A stretch of DNA of 60,000 nt from Lytechinus pictus (Eukaryota), in contig NC_087250.1 in NCBI RefSeq assembly GCF_037042905.1, forward strand, positions 14,510,001-14,570,000, given 5' to 3'. The notes under the pieces are model-generated. The model ran no database searches and had not been told where the DNA came from. It saw only the letters and a list, made by a program, of their open reading frames with translations. Positions 51,973 through 60,000 of this stretch are shown one piece after another. Within the stretch, counting starts at the first letter, position 1; the number at the start of each line of letters is the position of its first letter. The translations under genes were made by a program, and so were the position numbers.

Positions 51973-54230
51973 CTAGTCAAGCTGGAGACTTATCAATTTG
52001 TTATTAAATATTTGTGAGTTGGTTATAGAAATTAAGTCATATGGGAGGGTATTCCAGTCCCTTGCCGTATTAGGGAAGAAGGATTTCTTGTAGTAATTAG
52101 TTCTTGAGAATGGTATTTCGAGGGTCAGGGAGTTGAATTTCCTTGTACATGCTGCGTTCGGATCCCTTCTGTTGAAGCTCAGGTGCTCTTGAAGCGGTAG
52201 GCTGACATTATTATGGATTATCTTATGCATCATGGTCAGTCTGCTCACCTGCCTTCTATGTTGAAGGGTGGGTAATTCCATAGCTTTGAGCATGGCTGTA
52301 ACAGAACTCTCCTGGCTGTAGTTGTTGGTGACAAACCGCGCAGCACGTCTCTGGACTGCCTCCACCTTAAGGATGTTACTTTTAGTGTGGGGATCCCACA
52401 CAGAGCTGCAGTACTCAACATGTGGGCGAACGAGGCTTTTGTATGCTTGTAGCTTTACTTTCTGGGAAGCGTTTCCAAGATTACGACGGAGGAAGCCTAT
52501 CATGCTATTAGCTTTGGAAACTGCTTTATCAACCTGTGTGTTCCATTTCATATCCGATGATAGAGTTACTCCAAGGTATCTGTGCTGGTTGGCAGTCTGC
52601 AGCGTCTGGCCAGCTAGCTTATATGAAGATTCTATTTGATTCTTACAACGGGAAAATCTGAGAACACTACATTTTTCTGGTTTAAAGGACATTAGCCATG
52701 TATGAGCCCATTTCTCAAGTAGTTTTAAGTCCTTCTGCAGAATCTTACAGTCGACGGAGGACGCAATGGGTCGGTGTATAATGCAGTCGTCAGCAAAAAG
52801 ACGCACTTTAGACTGCAGGCCCACCGGTAAGTCGTTGATGTATAGCAGGAAGAAGAGTGGACCGAGGACCGTGCCCTGGGGCACGCCTGACCGCACTCTG
52901 ACTGGCTTGGAGCTTATCCCTTGGAGAACCACTGACTGTTGTCTGCAAGTAAGGAATGATGTTATCCAGTTATATAGAGAGCCAGATATGCCGTAATGTT
53001 GGAGTTTGAGTAGAAGACGCTTGTGAGGAACAGTATCGAATGCTTTGGCAAAGTCGAGTATCACTGCATCTACTTGCTTGTTGTGTTCATTCGCCTCCCA
53101 GATATGATGAACTGTAGTGAGGAGTTGTGTTTCACAGGATCTCTTGGCTCGAAATCCATGTTGCGAGTCGTCTAGGGCATTGAACTTCTCTAAGTGATTG
53201 ATAATATGACTGTAAATAACATGTTCAACTATTTTGCAGCAAACTGAGGTCAGCGATACCGGCCTGTAGTTGGCTGGATCAGTCCGGCTACCTTTTTTGT
53301 AGATTGCGGTAACGTTGGCTCGGGTCCAGGCTACCGGCAATCTGCCAGACTGTATGCTCAGGTTACATATCTTGGTTAGGATAGGTGCAATTTCATCAGC
53401 ACAGTTACGTAGGATAAAAGGGTGTATGGCATCGGGGCCAGGTGCCTTGGATGGTGAGAGCTTGTGGAGAAGCTTCAGAACTCCAGCCTCATCCACAACC
53501 AGCGGAGCGATGTCCGGGAGTTTGTCGACTTTAGGGATTGGTATGTTTGATGAAGGATGAGCATTTTCGTCTGTGAAGACGGACTTGTATTGGTTACTGA
53601 GCGCTTCTGCCTTGTCAGCCGCTGAACTAACCAGATGGTTCCCATTCCAAAGGGATGAGATACCCGATGTATCTCGACGTCTGTTCTTGATGAATGACCA
53701 GAACCGTTTAGGGTTAGAATGAAGAGCTTCGAATATAGAAGTAGACAAATATTCCTGCTCGGCCTTTCTGTTTTGTTTTTGAAATTCTTTCCTAAGTGAT
53801 CGATAGCGGGTCCAAGATTTGTGTTGATTAGTAGACTTGGCTGTATAGAAAGCTCGCTGTTTCCTTCTGGACAGCTTCTTCAGCGGTCTCGACATCCATG
53901 GCAAATTGAACCTTGAACTCTTAAGTGCGGAAGGTATGAAATCATCCATTGCTTTGATCGTTGCTGATTGGAAGATTTGCCAGTTACTTTCGAGAGAGTT
54001 GTTATCAGCTTCTGCCAAAAAAGTGGTTGCAAAGTTCTGTAATCTGGTCTTTAGACCGTCAATGTCAGCTTTATGAAATTTATACACCTTACGGCGTATT
54101 GACTTTTGAAAGATGGGTTTGAGGCTGGCAATTGATGTTAATATGAAGTGGTCCGAGATGCCTGGGTGTGTCTTGACTTCACTGAAGACATGTGGATTAG
54201 AGACCAACAAAAGTTGGAGTATGTTCATAA
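51973..54230 (-). mobile_element. 5'-truncated LINE (CR1/L2-group-like) ORF2 in the RNASEK intron, antisense to the host
   Basis: Unbroken ORF with endonuclease C-terminus (SDH), KAPGPD, NYRPVSLT, QHGFR, LDFAKAFD, GVPQGTVLGP, LFADD and C-terminal FFPNTARDWNTLP. Confidence 0.92.
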
Positions 54231-55627
54231 CGCAATGCACTTTGGTTTGGTGAGCATGGTTAACTTCATTAGCCAACTCAATTTTTTTTTTCTCTTTCCT
54301 CTGTAAGTTCAAGTCACTTATTTGTGGGGGCTTGCTTGGCCTTCAGTCATGTTGGTAAATCATGGTATTGGTCACTCACACGTATTGCGAGGTTAGTATT
54401 AGTATACTAACCACGAACCGCGTTTGGCAGTGGATTTCTAACTAGTGGGTCGCGCGTGCTGGGATCTCACTTCTTGGGTCCACAACACACGACTTCTATG
54501 GCTTGATTTTTCTGTGCGCGGCGGCATGTAATGAACCCTTGGGTGGGTATTGGTAGGCAGGGAAAGAGGGCGTGTGAAGGAGGACTCATTTATTTTTTTT
54601 TTGTATGGGATGTGCGGCTGTGGCTTTCTTTTTTTCTTTGTATTGTTTTTGTATTATGTTTCTTACTCTTTCTTTCAGCAGTGTTCAGTGAATTAATGGA
54701 AACACGAATGACCAGTTTAATTGATTTGTTTATGAATTACTTGTATTTTACTGATGCCTACATGTATGTATGAAGTATTTTGAATGAAGTTATTTGTCAG
54801 TTGTTTGTATTTAGGTATTTCACTGCTGTTTGTAAATGTCACTAAGGATCAATAAAACTTAACAATACTTTAAAAAAACTAATTTTAACTTATTTTTTGC
54901 CCATTTAGCAAACTTATTTCAGCTGAGTCTTTGCCCAAATTCACCCTCCATTCCAATAATGACTAACGGTTAGATCTTACAGCTCCATTTCGACATCATC
55001 ATTCAAACTCAAACCAAAGACAAAATTTGAACAGTCAGACGTTTTCTTTGCTGAAGTTTTGATTTTAGACTGAATTAAGCGATCAAATTCCTCCATATGT
55101 GTGTGTACATGTATTTGCTTGTATTTTTAAAAAAATAGTGCAACTTCAGTCCGCAATATCAGGGACGAAGTTCATTAGGAGTTTTCTTCACCATCAAGTT
55201 GGAAGCTGATATAGAGTTGTTCATCAAAATAATTTTGGGCTAAAAAAAATGAGTGCAAATTTGTAACCACAAAGTTAGGCATTTGGGTGGATATGAAAAG
55301 TCTGAAATTCAGTTAGCGCTGGTGGGATGACCCTCTTTCTGACATGCCTCCACCCTTTATATTCGCAAATATGATCCATGCGTTCTGTTGTCTATTTCTG
55401 TTAACCCTAGCTTTCTTTTTTTTTTTCAGGGGCTACGTTTTACGACTTCTGCACAAATCTGCAACACTGGTTAAGCTTTAACAAATCGCAGTGAATGTGG
55501 ATTTTCCCGGGCTGTTTTGGGGGCAGAATTGCCCTCGGCTCCCATCCAATTGTTTTCCCTGAACCTTAATACTACCTTAATTCATAAATCATTGTATCTT
55601 CTTTTTTTTCAATTTATCTCCTGACAG

Positions 55628-55837
55628 CTCTTGATGGGTGTTTTCTTCCGGATAAATGCCTTGGCCTTCATTGAAGATGTCAGTCTCGAAGAGGACTTCA
55701 CGAAAGAGGATCTGGACCAAGCGTACACAAGTGTCTCAAATAATTGCTTCATCGCGGCGGGAATCTACGTCCTGTTTGCCGGTTTTTCCATCTATCAGTA
55801 TTCCGTCAACAAGAGACTACAGTACCAAGTTGACTAA
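55628..55837 (+). CDS. RNASEK: RNASEK exon 2 (LLMGVFFRINALAFIEDV...YTSVSNNCFIAAGIYVLFAGFSIYQYSVNKRLQYQVD*)
   Basis: Polypyrimidine tract plus GACAG acceptor, phase 0. IEDV and NCFIAAG.Y motifs. 93 aa with two hydrophobic segments. Confidence 0.93.
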   Translation, partial: LLMGVFFRINALAFIEDVSLEEDFTKEDLDQAYTSVSNNCFIAAGIYVLFAGFSIYQYSVNKRLQYQVD

Positions 55838-56237
55838 ATTTGAGGAATTATTAGTCAGTGATTAGTAAGAACTATTAACCTTCCATCCAGATGTTGACTT
55901 CACTGGACCATAAATTGAATAATTCATTTTGGGTGCTGTTTTTATGGTAATTCCTAACAGGGGAGCTTCAAGTATGCCTACCAAGGATCATTTTTGTACT
56001 GGCATAGCAATGCACTTGGCTTATTGTATAACCCATTAAAAGTGCTTTGTTCTTTCTAAGCCCCCTGGTTATGGCCGCCATAAATACAGTGCTCTGAAGT
56101 CGGATTCATCTACAAACTGCCAACATACACTGTAACACCAGCTTTGATCAACTTCTGACTAACAACAGTCTGCTTCAAGAAACAACCTTTATTAAGAAGA
56201 AACTCATATCTAATCATTCTGTATATTTAGTTATTGA

Positions 56238-56625
56238 CAGGGTGCTACATGCCCAGGGCCAGGAAAAAGTGTGTTTTGAAGTATAGACCAAAACTACTTG
56301 CCCGAATTGGGCAAGCAAAATTCTCACAGTAGAATGACCAAAATTAGGGTCGATATATGATATTGACCCTAATTTTGGTCATGGCAGGCAAGATAAAATC
56401 ACTTTGGAAAAAGGAATGCAATAACAAGGTAGATCAGTTCATGTCAAAAGAGAAAAAGGTCAATGGTTTATAAAACCGCAAAACTATCTTTTAAGAGGTA
56501 AAACTTTTTTTCAAGGAATTTTTTGGCAAGTGAAATAGATTTTGGGGCAAGTATATCCCAACTAATATTTAAAAATTTACTTGCCCGACCAGGCAAGTGC
56601 TTCTAAAAAGTTATGTAGCACCCTG
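56238..56625. mobile_element. hAT-like MITE downstream of the RNASEK stop codon
   Basis: TIR CAGGGTGCTACAT / ATGTAGCACCCTG and internal ACTTGCCCGA...GGCAAG repeats. Confidence 0.65.
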
Positions 56626-59600
56626 TATTGGACAAAATATTCTTTGATTCAGCACTCTAGAATACATAGATCTAAGATTTAAACATGACTGGAGGTCTAC
56701 TGCAGGAGAGTTGCATTTAATATTTAAAAAAAAATCAAATGCAATCCTATGTTACTACTAGGTTTTTACTCGGTGGAAATCAAGTTGTGTTTGATTTTTA
56801 TTTTTTCTGCATCAGTCCCCAGAGGGGACAAAATACAGGTAACTTAGGTTAGGTCAATTATTTTGGGACAACAGAAATCCATTTGACTTTGTAGAAGTAC
56901 ATGTATAGGTAAATTTTGCATTTTCTGGTCCAAAATTTATTGGACTTTAATTGACAGTCTAACTTTTTCTATTTTTCAGTCTGCTATTTTGTATTAGTTT
57001 TAAAGAACTCTAGAAAATGAAATTACGGTAAGCTTTCAAATCCTGGAAAATGATAATTTATTAATGAAAAATCATTTGTTTTCTTTCTGTATTTAGGTTG
57101 AAAAATCTCTACACATTCCAGTCCTAAACTCTATATGGAATCTAGGAAAATGATATTTCCATGATTTATTTAATTTGTTAGTGATTTGTAAGCATTCATT
57201 GATTTGTTAGAATTGAATTGTAATCTCCAGCCAGAGCCAATCCTGTGATTAATGTTCACCAGGGGCCTGTTGCAACTCTGGCATGGCAAAAGTTTTACAC
57301 AACAGGCCCCAGGTGAACGTTAAACTTGGCAACAGCTCATTCTGCAAATAAATTCATACTACTCTGCAATGCAGCATTATTTCTCTTACAAAGATCTAGA
57401 AAGAAAAAAAAGGAAGAACTTTCCGTTATCATGATGACTATTGAATTTGTAAAGGAATTGTGCAATTTTATACAAATATATTTGTAACAAGTTTCGATCC
57501 TATAGATTCACGTAGATGTAGTGTGATGTTCTTGGCTAGCAATAAAGTATGAAGTAAACATGTTATTAAAAAAAATGAGTTTACTTCATGTAGAACCTAC
57601 ATGTAGGAAGAATTAATATAATTGTCTGTAGATACATATATGTGGTGTACTTTAGATTTAAAGTATTTACTTCGAAATTATTCTCTATGTATGATTTGCT
57701 CTGAAGTTTTTAGTGTTACTGATTATGTGCTTTAGAAAATAGCGATAGTTATAGGAATCTTCAAAGTCAAGTATTTGCATACATAGATTTTACGTTTAGT
57801 TGTTAGTGGGGAACTCTTTCTTCAGGAAGAACAATTTTCAAACTACATTGTAGATCAATTTAATTTATGTTCGTTATAACCACAGTATAAATGTAGATGT
57901 TCTTCGTTATTTTTGTCTTAAAAGTTGTTTTCAACTCTGAAAATATATTTATTCATATAGTTATACAAAATTATATGAGAGTGACAAGAAAGTGAAATTT
58001 CCATTGTTGAAATATATGTATTGAGCAACAAAATAGGACATTTTTTAAGTTGGGGAAGAATAGCAACAAAAAAATGTATGTTTGCTGATTGGATGCTGTA
58101 AAAACTCTTTCGAAATTCAGTAACGTCACTTAGATCATTTTTATATATATGATGTTCCCTTTGTTACATGTTTGTTTACAAAGTGAAAAATGTCAGCACC
58201 TATCTGTTTCATTTATTTCTTATTCATTTCCTTCATTGGTTAATCAAAATCTAATTTGAAATCTATATGAATACATACTGTATAATTGAATGTGCACCCA
58301 GTACTAATTTACTAGATACAGTGTTGATTTCATTCCTGTGAATATTATATTGGATGAAAGCAGGGGCATTTTACATGTGATTTATTTTAATTAGTATTTA
58401 CATGTAAGTCCGTAATTTTGTTGTATTATACAGGATTGATTCGCAACTGACCTTGGGCCTGTAACACAAAGCTTAGCAATCATCGTAGAACATTTTCTTA
58501 CGATAGAATGACTCCATTGACTACAATGTACAATGAACAGCAAGCATACGGTTAATGGCTAACCTTTGTGTTATGGGACCAGATGTTCTTAAGCTATAAT
58601 GCTAAAGAATACAGTTATCATGGCTGAGTGGCCGGGCTGATAAAACCTTGTATCTAAAAATTTAAATATTTTGATGACAGCTTAGAATAAGCTAGATTTT
58701 AGAGTTATAACATGGGTAGAAACAAACTAGGTTTAATTTGCCTCGAAAGAGTTGTTCACAGGTAGACTGTTTTCAGACACTACAATGTATGAGACTGCTG
58801 CTCTTGCTATATTTTTTAAATTAAGCATCATTTTCTAAGCTGCCCTAAAAAAAAAATTCCAAGATTGAGATGCGAGGTTTTATCAGGCCAGCTGCGATAA
58901 AGTATGTATGCCCATATTGGCCAAAATTTATCTAGGTGGGTTAGCTTTTAACTTGTGGATTAAATCTAATCATCTGATGCTAATAGCACAAAGTTCAGAT
59001 TTGCAATAGAGTACCGAAGTGTGACGTCATAAATTTTCACTTTTTGCATTTCAGTGTTTTTGATGACATATTTTGGAAGAGCATGATGAAATAACTCCAC
59101 AACCCAAATTTGGTGGGAATCGGTCCATGGGGCTCCAAGATATAACCTCACGAGTATATAATTAGCCCCATTGAAATAAATTGTACTATTGGCCGGATTC
59201 CTTACATTTTTAGAACCAGGCCAATAATACATTGAATTCAGTGGGGCTAATTACATATTCATGAGGCCATATCTACATATAAGGCCCCCATGGACCGATT
59301 CCCACCATTTGTTTTGCAGGTGGATGTGTTTCATCATGGCCTGGCCTGTTGAGATATGGAATAATGAATGCTGCAATGCAAAAAAAAAATTGTGACATCA
59401 TCACTTCAATACCATATTCACGAAAGTAGCTTACTCTTTATACACATAGTGCATATATGTCATTTGACATCAATTGACATAATATTAAACTAATGGACAT
59501 AACCCACTTTCATCATGAAATTCAACTTTAGCCCATAGGTCGAAGGTAAACCAGCTTCGTGAATTTAGGCCACAATATTGATTGTATCTTCAAAGTGATG

Positions 59601-60000
59601 AATATTGTTGACAATGGGAAAAGATCAGAATATTTGTTCAGCCGTTAAGAATATTTAGAAATGTTTTGTGATATGGTAATGAAAAGTTATCAAATTACGG
59701 TATGCATGTATTGTACGTTATAAATACATATCAGATATATTTAATTGACGTGTCATGTCTTTCTTTTTTTTCTCAAGATATGTGTTGATACTGATAAGTT
59801 GACTTTACATGAACATATGCATGAAATGAAGAGTTTTATTCCGAAAGGAGCTAAATCCACTTTTATTAGTGTTTTTCTGTAAATCAAGGTTTTTTTAATT
59901 CACCACTTTCCCTTGTCCACAGCTGTTTTATTTTGATATATATGTGTATGATGGTGCTCTTTCAGATTACTTAATCATGATTTTAAAAATCTAGTATTCA

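Noticed and set aside
54231..54312. N-terminal 27 codons of the 779-aa ORF as a true LINE start
   Set aside because: Endonuclease similarity begins only near ILQLLLVSNP. The upstream codons are flanking sequence that is open by chance.

Overview
This is AT-rich, repeat-dense animal genomic DNA. The repeat families and gene structures suggest an echinoderm, probably a sea urchin (inference). Three spliced genes can be assembled by hand with matching intron phases. (1) An uncharacterised, largely disordered protein of about 2503 aa on + (exons 965-1183, 6446-12905, 13391-14223), with a 6.46-kb internal exon. (2) A PH+FYVE protein of the Phafin/PLEKHF family on - (9 coding exons, 50961 to 27362, 266 aa). 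(3) RNASEK (V-ATPase subunit f) on + (51361-51432 and 55628-55837, 93 aa). PLEKHF and RNASEK lie head-to-head with start codons 400 bp apart, and the spacer holds three TCACATGA MITF/TFEB-type boxes. The rest of the window contains two LINE copies, tRNA-derived SINEs, many MITEs with multi-level nesting, Helentron-type non-autonomous elements and several minisatellites. Two PLEKHF intronic arrays are amplified copies of the adjacent exon 3' end plus its splice donor.
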